Below are positions 26,674 to 35,657 of a DNA stretch of 64,000 bases, piece after piece. How positions within the stretch are numbered: the first letter of the stretch is position 1; each line of letters begins with the position of its first letter. The position numbers were made by a program, and so were the translations under genes. The DNA lies in the IMG/VR virus record IMGVR_UViG_3300009838_000018, positions 5,177 to 69,176 of that record. One strand, written 5' to 3'. This DNA is from a virus. The notes beneath the pieces were generated by a model, which was not told where the DNA came from, did no database searches, and saw only the letters and a list, made by a program, of their open reading frames with translations.

Positions 26674-28385
26674 AGCGAAACCAAGTCTTCTGGGTCAAGA
26701 CCGATGTCGGAGAGCCCCCCTTTGGTTTCAGGAAGAGCCTTGCTCTTCTTGACCTGGGGCTCGACCTTCGGCGGGGGTGGGACTGATGGGGTCGGAGCAT
26801 CATCGGCTGACTCGAAGGTCATTCCTTCAAGAATACCAGAGAAGTCATCCGGGTCATCCACCTTGGGCTTAGGAGGTGGGACTGCTTCAACCTTGGGTTT
26901 GGGCTCCTCGACCTTGGAGATAGGCTTGGGCTCTTCCCTTGCTGCCTTGGCCTGGATCATCTGAGCCTTGGTGACCCCGTAAAGTCCCCCGTGCCCGTTC
27001 TCGCAAACGTCACCAGAGGGTGTGGTGACCTGGGGAGAGAAGCATTCTGGGCAGAAGAGCCCGTTGGGCTGGAAGGTCTTTGGCACCTGGGTGAGTCGGT
27101 TGGCAGAGGTCTTGGCCTTCATGCTCAAGCTGAGGAGCAGGTCCCGAACTGCCATGGGGTCCTCCACCTCGCCCACATCCTCGATTACCTCTGTGAACAG
27201 GGCAAGCTGGTCCTCCAGACGGGTTGGGAGGCCCGGAGTGGGTTCGGGCTTGGATAGGAGTCCCAAGGCTTCGAGGAAGCCACTGAGGCGCTTGTGGAGG
27301 CCAAGAAGCTCGGTCTTGGTCAACTCACTCAGGTCAGCCTCCCCCAGCAGCTTCTCGAAGCTCTTCCGGGCCAAGGCGATCTTCTCCCCGACGGAGATAA
27401 GGGTGTCCTCTGCCCGACGAACCTCGGCCTTGGTTGCCTCAGGTTCTCGAACCTCGGGTACCGTGGGCTCGGGCTCGGGTTCGACCACGGGCTTGGGCTT
27501 CGGGACGGGCTTGGCCTTGGGCTTCGGGGCAGGTGGGGGCTCAGGCTCCTCTGCCTCGGGTTCCTCTGCCTCTGGTTCTTCGACTGGCTCAGCCTTTGGG
27601 GCTGGTTCAAGGCCAGCAGCCTTGCGCACCACGTCCCCATAGCTGGTGGTGACAGGCTTCTCTTGAGGGTTCTGGAGGGCAATGATGAGGTGCTGAGTGG
27701 TCGGGTCCTTCCCCTCTCGGGCCATGTCCACGATCATCAAGTTCAGGGCGTCAAAGACCTCGGTAACCGTGTAGACCTTGGTGTCGATGAGTTGACGGAT
27801 CTCATCATCCACAAGGGGGTGGGTGAACACCTCATCCTCTCTATTGAGGTGGCGTACCGTTGTCCCAGTTGCCTCTGCGAACTGATTGACCCGGCTCTTG
27901 GGCTTCTGAGCTGGTCCAGGCTTTCCTTCCCCCTTCTTTGGGCGACCACCCTTGTGGGTCAGCGGGTCCTCGATGTCCCGCTGCCTCAGCAAGCGGAACA
28001 TGGCGTTCCTGGCAGAAGGTTCAAGCTGTCTACGGAGCACGTTCGAGAGAATGAGGTAGTCAACCTCTGCCCCGGCAGACTCAAAGTCTTCGTGGACCCG
28101 AACAGGGACCATCTTCTTCTTGAGAAGGGACCGAGTTTCCTCACAGAGGTTGGGGAGGCTCGCTGGGTCTAGCTCAAGCAAGTCCTGGAAAGCTGCCAGG
28201 CGGATGTGCCCGGACAGGACCGTCCCATCCTGCTTGATGATGACTGGCTCCTGAAGACCCATTTCGACGATAGATGCCTTGATCTTGTCGAGTAGGTCGG
28301 AATCACCTCGAACGTCCCCAAAGATGTCCTTGTTTTTCGGGTGGTCTTTGAGGGAACTGACCTTGCGAAGCTCGATCTTGTCCAT
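26670..28385 (-). CDS. ParB/Srx N-terminal domain protein with Pro/Glu-rich linker and zinc ribbon
   Basis: LKDHPKN..IKASIVEMGLQEPVII..GTVLSGHIRLAA; CPEC..CENGH. Confidence 0.8.
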   Translation of the reverse strand: MDKIELRKVSSLKDHPKNKDIFGDVRGDSDLLDKIKASIVEMGLQEPVIIKQDGTVLSGHIRLAAFQDLLELDPASLPNLCEETRSLLKKKMVPVRVHEDFESAGAEVDYLILSNVLRRQLEPSARNAMFRLLRQRDIEDPLTHKGGRPKKGEGKPGPAQKPKSRVNQFAEATGTTVRHLNREDEVFTHPLVDDEIRQLIDTKVYTVTEVFDALNLMIVDMAREGKDPTTQHLIIALQNPQEKPVTTSYGDVVRKAAGLEPAPKAEPVEEPEAEEPEAEEPEPPPAPKPKAKPVPKPKPVVEPEPEPTVPEVREPEATKAEVRRAEDTLISVGEKIALARKSFEKLLGEADLSELTKTELLGLHKRLSGFLEALGLLSKPEPTPGLPTRLEDQLALFTEVIEDVGEVEDPMAVRDLLLSLSMKAKTSANRLTQVPKTFQPNGLFCPECFSPQVTTPSGDVCENGHGGLYGVTKAQMIQAKAAREEPKPISKVEEPKPKVEAVPPPKPKVDDPDDFSGILEGMTFESADDAPTPSVPPPPKVEPQVKKSKALPETKGGLSDIGLDPEDLVSL

Positions 28386-28430
28386 GCGTCTCTCCACTTA
28401 CACCACCGACCCGAACCGGGGTAAACATCT

Positions 28431-28772
28431 GTGATGGCACCGTTCTGGGAATGGACCCACGCCCACTTCTACCTTGCCGCCGGTCTAGTTACCGTGGCGT
28501 TTCTCTGCGTCACGAAGATGACCTGCACCTTCTTTCGGATCTTCCACTCGCCCCCGGTCACCAATCACATTCATCATCACCACCATCATGAGGCGGATGA
28601 TGAGCCAGAGACGGAGGATACGGAGCCCGAGGCGAATGAAGAACCCGAAGAGGAGTTCGGGGACCCCGACGATGAGTATGAGCCTCGCCCGACTCTATCT
28701 GAGCCGGTGAAGCAAGAGGTACCCGTCCGTAGACGGAGCCGGTTCGACCGGATCAGATCCTCTCGAACCTAG
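28431..28772 (+). CDS. membrane-anchored protein with poly-His/acidic region and SRFDR tag
   Basis: N-terminal hydrophobic helix, HHHHHH, ends RRSRFDRIRSSRT. Confidence 0.7.
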   Translation: MMAPFWEWTHAHFYLAAGLVTVAFLCVTKMTCTFFRIFHSPPVTNHIHHHHHHEADDEPETEDTEPEANEEPEEEFGDPDDEYEPRPTLSEPVKQEVPVRRRSRFDRIRSSRT

Positions 28773-29115
28773 TCGGAGGGGGCTTGCCCTCCTCCTCATC
28801 ATTGTTGTGGGCATCCAGAATGCAACCCATTCGTTCGTAGGCCATTTGGTAGAAGGACTCGACCTCTGTCAGGGTGTGCTTGTTGATCAGCAGGTTCAGG
28901 TCGAAGGACTCCTCACTGGACCGGTACAACCGAACCTCCGCTGCCCAGGAAGAGTGCCCGTCAGGGAACCTCCAGAGGTACAGGTTGATGAAGTACCTCT
29001 TGTTCCCGGCGTTGTCTCGGACCCCCTTCTGGTACAACCCAAGGCAGAACTCGGACCCCTTTCCATGGGGGTACTTCCGGTAGCCCGCTGCTAGAACCTC
29101 TTCAACGGTGAACAT
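28753..29115 (-). CDS. hypothetical protein with C-terminal TRFER tag
   Basis: ATG 29115 lies 9 nt from GGTGTA; ends KPPPTRFERI. Confidence 0.75.
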   Translation of the reverse strand: MFTVEEVLAAGYRKYPHGKGSEFCLGLYQKGVRDNAGNKRYFINLYLWRFPDGHSSWAAEVRLYRSSEESFDLNLLINKHTLTEVESFYQMAYERMGCILDAHNNDEEEGKPPPTRFERI

Positions 29116-29124
29116 GTTCGGAAC

Positions 29125-29143
29125 TACACCGAAAACCGGTGTA
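29125..29143. promoter_or_regulatory. back-to-back divergent GGTGTA pair
   Basis: TACACC-GAAAACC-GGTGTA; each copy is 9 nt from an ATG (29115 minus, 29153 plus). Confidence 0.8.
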
Positions 29144-29152
29144 ACATAGGTC

Positions 29153-29671
29153 ATGGTCGAAGATGTTGATGATTTCTGGGACGATGTTCGCCCACACAGG
29201 GCCTACGTCCGAAACACCCCGAGGGAGGAGAGGGTCAAGGCGCTCGCTCACCAGCTCTGGATTGCCCGTGGCTCGCCCTTGGATGGGGACCCGAACATCG
29301 ACTGGAACGAGGCAGAGAAGCTGACCCCTCAGGTCTCCGGGGAAGCTCCCAAGTCCAAACTGGTGTGGCTCGCTCTGACTGGGGACAACGTTCCTACATC
29401 TCGGATCTGGGCAACTATCCCAAACGAGGTCAAGGATTCGGTGAACCTTCACGTACAGACGCCCACCTTAGACCGGGCCTGTACCGTTCAAGGCGTGGAC
29501 CTATTCCTTGCTGAGGTTGGGGGAAAGCCCTTGTACCACAAGGACTTCGATCATGGGGTCCACCTCCGCCCTGGGGATATGATGGACATCAAGCTCACGA
29601 TCTCAATAGCTGCTGCACCCTCGAAGGACTTCCTGGACCTTCTCCGGGTACCCTTTATCGGTAGCCCTTGA
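29153..29671 (+). CDS. DUF2934-like domain protein
   Basis: REERVKALAHQLWIARGSPLDGDPNIDWNEAE. Confidence 0.7.
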   Translation: MVEDVDDFWDDVRPHRAYVRNTPREERVKALAHQLWIARGSPLDGDPNIDWNEAEKLTPQVSGEAPKSKLVWLALTGDNVPTSRIWATIPNEVKDSVNLHVQTPTLDRACTVQGVDLFLAEVGGKPLYHKDFDHGVHLRPGDMMDIKLTISIAAAPSKDFLDLLRVPFIGSP

Positions 29672-30386
29672 CCCTGGCCTTGGCTTCTCGGATGCGCTGT
29701 GCCCGTTCGACTCTGGATTGGAGCTTGGCTTCCCGGCCCTCTGGCTCCAGTCCAGCATAGGGGTCGGCCTCTTCAGCGAAGACCTCCAACTCTGGGTCAT
29801 CCTCCTCGGTCTCTTCATCGAAGAGGATTCGGTCGAAGAGGGTTGGGATCCTGGCTCGCCATCGTTGCTCGGCCTTGACCTTGGTCTCAGCCTTCAGAAG
29901 GTCCCTGGGGTGCTCGTACTGCATCACGGTGAAGGGCTCCCACTCGATTTCCAGGCACTCGGGACAAGTCGGGACTCTGTTCTCAACTGGCCCGTGGTCT
30001 TTGCCGTAGTGGTAGTCCCCGCACATGGAGTGCCGGTAGCTGTCCCCTGAGTCACCGTAGGTAGCGTGCCAGGCCCCCTTGTGAAACCAGCAAGGCTTGG
30101 ATCCCTTGTTCTGGATGAGGCAGGTGGACCCTATCACGATTCGGGAAAGGCGAACGGCCCGGATGGAGAACCATGGGTACCTCTTGGTGCTCCTCCAGTG
30201 GTACTGAAAGACCGTGTATCGTTGGGGCTCGGGGATGTGGATCGACTTCGGGGGGCTGGGCTCAACCTCGTACTCTGGGCTGGTCCTTCCTGTGATCGAG
30301 CACGGGAAGGGGATGACCAGGGTCTCGGAGGGGACCTCTAGGCGGACCCCATCACGGGAGACTGGGATCAGAAACCTGGGCTTCAT
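29655..30386 (-). CDS. hypothetical protein with zinc-finger-like motif and internal LFDRIL motif
   Basis: HSMCG..PTCPEC; PTLFDRILFDEE. Confidence 0.65.
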   Translation of the reverse strand: MKPRFLIPVSRDGVRLEVPSETLVIPFPCSITGRTSPEYEVEPSPPKSIHIPEPQRYTVFQYHWRSTKRYPWFSIRAVRLSRIVIGSTCLIQNKGSKPCWFHKGAWHATYGDSGDSYRHSMCGDYHYGKDHGPVENRVPTCPECLEIEWEPFTVMQYEHPRDLLKAETKVKAEQRWRARIPTLFDRILFDEETEEDDPELEVFAEEADPYAGLEPEGREAKLQSRVERAQRIREAKARVKGYR

Positions 30387-30912
30387 CTTCAATGGCCTTT
30401 GAAACGTCAAATGTGGCGGCTCTGGCGTTCTCTTCCCGTTGCTTCCGAGTGGACTCAAGGAGTTCCTGGGCACTCTTCTCCCACTGCTTGGCCCGGTCCT
30501 CAGACTCCTCGATACCCTTCAATCGGTATTCGTTGAACTGCTTGATGGCAGCCTCAAGGGTCAAGAAGCTACTGGCCTTCGAGTAGGCAAAGCGCTTTCC
30601 AGCGTCTTGCTCACGTTCCTTGTACTTCGACCCGGCCCAGATGGTCTTCTCGAAGATCCCGACGTAGCACTCCCCACCCCTGTTCTTGGGGCGGTCCCGC
30701 TGGCTCTGACCCACACACTTGATCCGGCGGATCGCCATGTACTCAAGACTGCCGGATCCCCTCACCACCTGGTAGAAGACCTTCGGGAGGTTGCGAACAT
30801 CGAGCCAATCGTCTAGGAGTTCGTCACCTACTCCGGGGGTAGGCCCCCCTGAGGCAACCTTTTCCTTCGGACGGTCTTCCCAAAAGCTGTCGATGCTTTC
30901 TTCCATGGGCAC
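30352..30912 (-). CDS. hypothetical protein
   Basis: GTG start 9 nt from GGTGTA. Confidence 0.7.
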   Translation of the reverse strand: MPMEESIDSFWEDRPKEKVASGGPTPGVGDELLDDWLDVRNLPKVFYQVVRGSGSLEYMAIRRIKCVGQSQRDRPKNRGGECYVGIFEKTIWAGSKYKEREQDAGKRFAYSKASSFLTLEAAIKQFNEYRLKGIEESEDRAKQWEKSAQELLESTRKQREENARAATFDVSKAIEDEAQVSDPSLP

Positions 30913-30971
30913 TTCTAGTTGTACACCAGAAAGCGTTGAACCACCGATAAGAAGTTCCAGATGAGGACCCC

Positions 30972-31226
30972 GTGACTTGCACGCTATGTGGACAAACAGC
31001 CGACTTTCTGCTGGTGTATCTTCTGACGAACCATCGGGTTGAGGTGCTTTTGTGCTCGGCTCACCTTGAGATGGTTCAAACAGATATGCTTGAAGCCACA
31101 GCGGAATCCTCGATGGTCAAGATGGTGATCGAGCCGGTCACCCCAGCCAGCTTGATTCCTGGTCCTAGGACGACCCGGTTTCCGTCTCCCCCTCCTCCAG
31201 ACCCTTCAGAGGAGGAAGCAGGCTAG
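30972..31226 (+). CDS. small Cys-rich protein
   Basis: CTLCG..LCSAH. Confidence 0.55.
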   Translation: MTCTLCGQTADFLLVYLLTNHRVEVLLCSAHLEMVQTDMLEATAESSMVKMVIEPVTPASLIPGPRTTRFPSPPPPDPSEEEAG

Positions 31227-31733
31227 GCACCTTGGCTCGTAGGCTTCCGAGCCTCCGACAAGTACGGTACCCGATTTTTGAATGGTTCGGTACGTTCGGC
31301 TGGAAGGCTTCTCGCACCTGGAGCACTTGCCGGAGAGCTTGACGACCCTGTTGGCGAGGGCCAGGAAGTACGGCATGAGGCCGAAGGGGAGGGCTCGGTA
31401 GTCGAGATCCAGGCCAGCAAGGGTGACGTTGGAACCCCCTCGGAGAAGCTCCTGGACCCGAACAGCAGCCGAGGGTCCAAGGAACTGGGCCTCGTCAATG
31501 AAGATGTTGGCACGCTTCTCCACCCCTTCGAGCTGAAGGTCTGTCCACTTGGCAGGGATGCGCTTGCCCCCGTGGGACTGGATGTAACCCTCTCCGTGCC
31601 GGGTATCGATCACCGGCTTGTAGACAGAGCGTTGAGCCTCTGGGACTGCCTCAGCCAGGGAGATGAAAGCCTCAGTCTTCCCAGCGAACATGGGTCCCGC
31701 AAGAACGGTCAGGTAGCCTGGAAGGATGTCCAC
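31206..31733 (-). CDS. tdk: thymidine kinase
   Basis: AGPMFAGKT, YKPVIDTR, IFIDEAQF, AGLDLDYRALPF, CSRC..YEPRCLAC. Confidence 0.93.
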   Translation of the reverse strand: MDILPGYLTVLAGPMFAGKTEAFISLAEAVPEAQRSVYKPVIDTRHGEGYIQSHGGKRIPAKWTDLQLEGVEKRANIFIDEAQFLGPSAAVRVQELLRGGSNVTLAGLDLDYRALPFGLMPYFLALANRVVKLSGKCSRCEKPSSRTYRTIQKSGTVLVGGSEAYEPRCLACFLL

Positions 31734-31749
31734 GTCTTACTGAACACCA

Positions 31750-32373
31750 TCAAGACTTCTTCAACGCTCGGTACTTCTTCTCGGCCAAGTCCAGCCAGGG
31801 ATCGATCTTGTACCACATGTCCCACTTGCAGAGGTCCAAGACGAGAACGTCCTCCCATTGCCCAGCAGAATCCATGCCATGCCAGACCCTTCTCCGTTCG
31901 GCCCACTGTCGAGATGAGATCCGAGCGGGCCTATCTGTTTGGTTCTGGTAGTGGTAGTCCCGTAACCGCTTGTCCTTCTTCAGGAAGTCAAGCGTAGCCA
32001 TCATCCCGTAGTCGGCATAGGGGATGATGTAGATCCCCCCTTGATACTGTCGGAACCCAACCGAGACATCAAAATTGAAGAGGCTTCGCTCGGAGCGGGT
32101 CGAGGACATTCGGTAACCCCGACGGAGGATCGACTGAACGACCCCAAGTCGGGCCAGGTAGTCAGCATCCTTCTCTGGGTAATCCCTTAGGTACCCTTCC
32201 AAGCGTTTCCGGTAGAGGTCTGTGTCCGTCTTCACATGCGGGGCATACTCGACGTAGCGCTCTTGGAGGGCCTTCTTGAGGGCCTTGGTACCCAGGATTC
32301 GGATGTCGTGGACGACGGGCCATAGGTAATCGGCCCGTCGGAGCTTGTAAGCTACAAAAATCTTAGTGCTCAT
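31750..32373 (-). CDS. hypothetical protein
   Basis: 207-aa ORF. Confidence 0.7.
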   Translation of the reverse strand: MSTKIFVAYKLRRADYLWPVVHDIRILGTKALKKALQERYVEYAPHVKTDTDLYRKRLEGYLRDYPEKDADYLARLGVVQSILRRGYRMSSTRSERSLFNFDVSVGFRQYQGGIYIIPYADYGMMATLDFLKKDKRLRDYHYQNQTDRPARISSRQWAERRRVWHGMDSAGQWEDVLVLDLCKWDMWYKIDPWLDLAEKKYRALKKS

Positions 32374-32491
32374 GGGGCTCTTCGTGCCCACAGGAGCACT
32401 TATTTGAGGGGGTTGCCCGGAGCTTCATGCGCAACCATAGGGCTCCAGCCGATAAGAAGGGCAGGGCCATCGCCAGAAGCAGGGGTCCATC

Positions 32492-32806
32492 GTGGAGGGG
32501 GTTGCCGCAACAGTGCATGATGCTTCTACGACACCGAGGATGCTCTTGTCAGAGGGCTTGGGTGTGATCATCACCGGAGTCGGACACTACGTCAGCTTGG
32601 TCGCTGAAGGCCCAGGGAACCCTCTCTGGTACACGGATGGGGGCGCCTGGTCTGAGGACGCCAACCAGAGGAAGACCTTCACGGGGGTCCAAGTTGCGGT
32701 CAGGACTCCAATCCTCGGACTCCCGAGTGGATATCGAGCCCGCTTGGTCTGCTCCGAAGTCGAGGTGGTGGAAGAATCACCCTCGATCCCGTGGTGCTGT
32801 CACTAG
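32492..32806 (+). CDS. hypothetical protein
   Basis: 104-aa ORF, start uncertain. Confidence 0.45.
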   Translation: MEGVAATVHDASTTPRMLLSEGLGVIITGVGHYVSLVAEGPGNPLWYTDGGAWSEDANQRKTFTGVQVAVRTPILGLPSGYRARLVCSEVEVVEESPSIPWCCH

Positions 32807-33093
32807 AGCGTGTACCCAGCCAAGTTGTAAGCAGCCCCTCTCTCGGAGGGCTTCCAACCGTCTTTCAGACCTTGGCGGATGAGGCTTCTCACTTGCTCCG
32901 GACCCACTGAGAACCCGTAGGGAAGAAGAACCTGGAGAACCCGACCGGGTTTCTCAGCATCCTCCTGAGCAGTGAGCTTGATCTCACGTTCGTCCAAGGG
33001 TTGGTTGGGTCCAGGGGCGACCTCACCGATCATGTATCGGAACTTCTGTCCGTCTACTTCGACGGGGCGGCTATGTTTGCGAGGGATACCCAT
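32803..33093 (-). CDS. hypothetical protein
   Basis: ATG 33093 lies 9 nt from the GGTGTC variant. Confidence 0.65.
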   Translation of the reverse strand: MGIPRKHSRPVEVDGQKFRYMIGEVAPGPNQPLDEREIKLTAQEDAEKPGRVLQVLLPYGFSVGPEQVRSLIRQGLKDGWKPSERGAAYNLAGYTL

Positions 33094-33153
33094 AGTCCCC
33101 TTGACACCGGTCAACTTGAGTGAAAGCTCCTTTGTGATTCACTTGGGTAAGCC

Positions 33154-34236
33154 ATGAAGAACCCTAGCATTCCACCTGACGATCAGGAGAGGGTAAAGTC
33201 CTTGAAAGACCTCGACCTCTTGGATACTCCGTCGGAGAACCGCTACGACCGCATCACACGGATAGCTAGGAGGTCTTTCAACGTCCCTATCTCTGTAATC
33301 TCGCTGGTTGACTCGGAGCGCCAGTGGTTCAAGAGCGTTCAGGGTCTCGATGCAGTGGAGACCCCACGGGACATCTCCTTCTGTGGGCACACCATCCTCA
33401 CCGAGGAGCCCATGATCGTTCGAGACGCTCTCCAGGACGAACGGTTCTTCGACAATCCTCTCGTTCTGGAGTACCCAAACATCAGGTTCTACGGGGGTCA
33501 GCCCTTGAGGGCTCCTGACGGTCGGAGGGTCGGGGTCCTCTGCATCATCGACACGAAGCCAAGAGAGGTGAGCCCAGAAGACCTGGTTATCCTTCGGGAT
33601 CTCGGGGAACTGGTGGAGGAGGAGTTCAAGCGTCGTGAGGTCCTGAGCGAGGTCGTTCAGATGGCGGTCACGAAGCTCGAAGAGGCTGAGCGTCGGGCAG
33701 CCGTGGACTGGCTGACCCGTACCTGGGGCCGCAAGATGACCCTTCAGGTCCTCGACCAGGAAGTTGAGCGTGCCCGGAAGCACAGGTACCCGATCTCGGT
33801 GGCCCTACTTGACCTGGACTACTTCAAGCAGGTGAACGACACTCTTGGGCACTTGGCTGGGGATGCTGCCCTCAAGGAGGTCGCCTTGAGGCTTCGGACG
33901 GGGATTCGCCCTGAGGACACCCTTGGAAGGATCGGGGGAGAGGAGTTCCTGGTCATCCTCCCCAAGTGTGGCCCCGAGGAAGCTGCCCTGGTTGGGGAGC
34001 GACTTCGGTCACTTGTGGCGAGCGAACCAGTCCTCTGGAAGGAGGAGCAGATCCCGGTGACGGTCAGTATCGGAATCTGCTCCTCTACAGCAGGGAACCA
34101 CCCACCTGAGAGCCTGATTGGGATTGCCGACCAGGCTCTCTACCAAGGGAAGGAGGATGGGAGAAACAAGGTGGTTTTGATTGAAGATAAGGGCCAAGAC
34201 CGAACCATCATGCCCCCACCCATGAAGGAGGACTAG
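33154..34236 (+). CDS. GAF-sensor diguanylate cyclase (GGDEF)
   Basis: GAF (YDRITR..SLVDSERQWFKS..ETPRDISFCGHTI..IRFYGGQPL); DLDYFKQVNDTLGHLAGD; I-site RPED; GGEEF. Confidence 0.95.
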   Translation: MKNPSIPPDDQERVKSLKDLDLLDTPSENRYDRITRIARRSFNVPISVISLVDSERQWFKSVQGLDAVETPRDISFCGHTILTEEPMIVRDALQDERFFDNPLVLEYPNIRFYGGQPLRAPDGRRVGVLCIIDTKPREVSPEDLVILRDLGELVEEEFKRREVLSEVVQMAVTKLEEAERRAAVDWLTRTWGRKMTLQVLDQEVERARKHRYPISVALLDLDYFKQVNDTLGHLAGDAALKEVALRLRTGIRPEDTLGRIGGEEFLVILPKCGPEEAALVGERLRSLVASEPVLWKEEQIPVTVSIGICSSTAGNHPPESLIGIADQALYQGKEDGRNKVVLIEDKGQDRTIMPPPMKED

Positions 34237-35183
34237 GGCAAGGTGGGCTCCACCTTGCCCTCACGGATGACATACTGACGCTCGAACTCCGGGAGGTCCT
34301 TCCCGTGAGTGTCAGCGACCCCCACCCGACGATTCAAGTAGCCCACCAGCGTGTCCCCGTTCTCCACTGTGAATGCCTTGGCGTAGAACTGAAGCTCCCC
34401 ATTCGGGGTCCGCTTCTTCGTGGAACGGATCATCTTGGTGGAGTTGATCTCTTGGACGAGGTTCGGGTGAGACTGGGTTGCTCCACTGCCATTGAGGCGG
34501 TAGTCCCTCTTCACAATGACCCCTTGGGGTATCGCCACGGTGAACGACTGGATAATCAGGATCCGCTTGTCGAACCACGGACCCTCACCATCTGGGACCA
34601 AACCCCTCTGGTCCAGGACAACAGGTGGAAGGTCGATATCTTCGAGCGCCTTGGGGCCACCCTTGAGGTATAGTTGCAGGGTCTCCTTGGTCAGAGCTTC
34701 CAAGTGTGCTCCCAGGGCATCCCCTAGGTCGTGCTGGAACTTGCCAATCCTCCGCTTACGACGGTCGTCCTCATCCGGATAGTCATTGAGAGCGGTCATG
34801 AGGGACACGGGGTCCAGCTCTTCAACTTCCGGTACCTTGACCGCCCCCTGGAGGATCCTCTCCGCCATGGTCAACGGAGCTGCCGGGGGCTCTGGCTCTG
34901 GGTTGGGGAGCGGAGTGGTAGAAAGTGGGGAGCCCGTGGGGTACTTGGCTCGATGCCGAAGCAGAACCTTTTTGAAGTACCCGATGGTCTCCTGGTACCC
35001 CTTCAGAGTTGTTGTGGCGCCTCGACCTCCCGCTTCGGAGATGGTCAGGCATCGGCCTTCCAGTTGAGCGATGATGTTCCCGATCTGGGTTCCGCTCAAC
35101 ACCTCCGACAGGATCTCAGTTGTTGCCTGAGCAGCTTCCGAACGGAGGGAGGGTACTTCTACGGACGACAGAACCTTGGGCAT
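34233..35183 (-). CDS. hypothetical protein
   Basis: 316-aa ORF. Confidence 0.7.
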   Translation of the reverse strand: MPKVLSSVEVPSLRSEAAQATTEILSEVLSGTQIGNIIAQLEGRCLTISEAGGRGATTTLKGYQETIGYFKKVLLRHRAKYPTGSPLSTTPLPNPEPEPPAAPLTMAERILQGAVKVPEVEELDPVSLMTALNDYPDEDDRRKRRIGKFQHDLGDALGAHLEALTKETLQLYLKGGPKALEDIDLPPVVLDQRGLVPDGEGPWFDKRILIIQSFTVAIPQGVIVKRDYRLNGSGATQSHPNLVQEINSTKMIRSTKKRTPNGELQFYAKAFTVENGDTLVGYLNRRVGVADTHGKDLPEFERQYVIREGKVEPTLP

Positions 35184-35276
35184 TGATGTTGCCCCTTTCG
35201 CATAGCAGCAGGGTAGCAGGAGCCCGAGTGGTTCGACCGCCTCGGGGTCCAGGCATCGTGCCGTGGACCCTACCCC

Positions 35277-35657
35277 CTACACCAGGTCGTCACCCTCAAT
35301 CCGCTCAAATCGTGACCGTCCGGTTGGGAGGTCCTCATCGTGCGGAGTTTCAAGGAGGAGCCTCGGGTCAAACTTGCCTTGTTGGCTCAGAATCTCTGCT
35401 ATGTGGGCTCTCGAACGCTGACCGAGGAAGAGGAGCCGGAGAAGAGCCCAGTGTGAGTTGGGACCCTTCTCCGTGAACTTGTGGAAGTCTTCGATGTTGA
35501 CCCACCAAATCTCTCGGTAACACTGTTGGCAGGCGAACCCTATGGCCCTTGTCACTGGGTCGTCTGCGCACAGGACGATGTGTCCTTCGTTCTCCTCCAC
35601 ATGCAACCGGATGGCCCGGAGCATGTGGAAGACATCCGTGTAGCGAGTGCTACCCAT
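35277..35657 (-). CDS. hypothetical protein with C-terminal SRFER tag
   Basis: CQQC; ends PTGRSRFERIEGDDLV. Confidence 0.7.
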   Translation of the reverse strand: MGSTRYTDVFHMLRAIRLHVEENEGHIVLCADDPVTRAIGFACQQCYREIWWVNIEDFHKFTEKGPNSHWALLRLLFLGQRSRAHIAEILSQQGKFDPRLLLETPHDEDLPTGRSRFERIEGDDLV

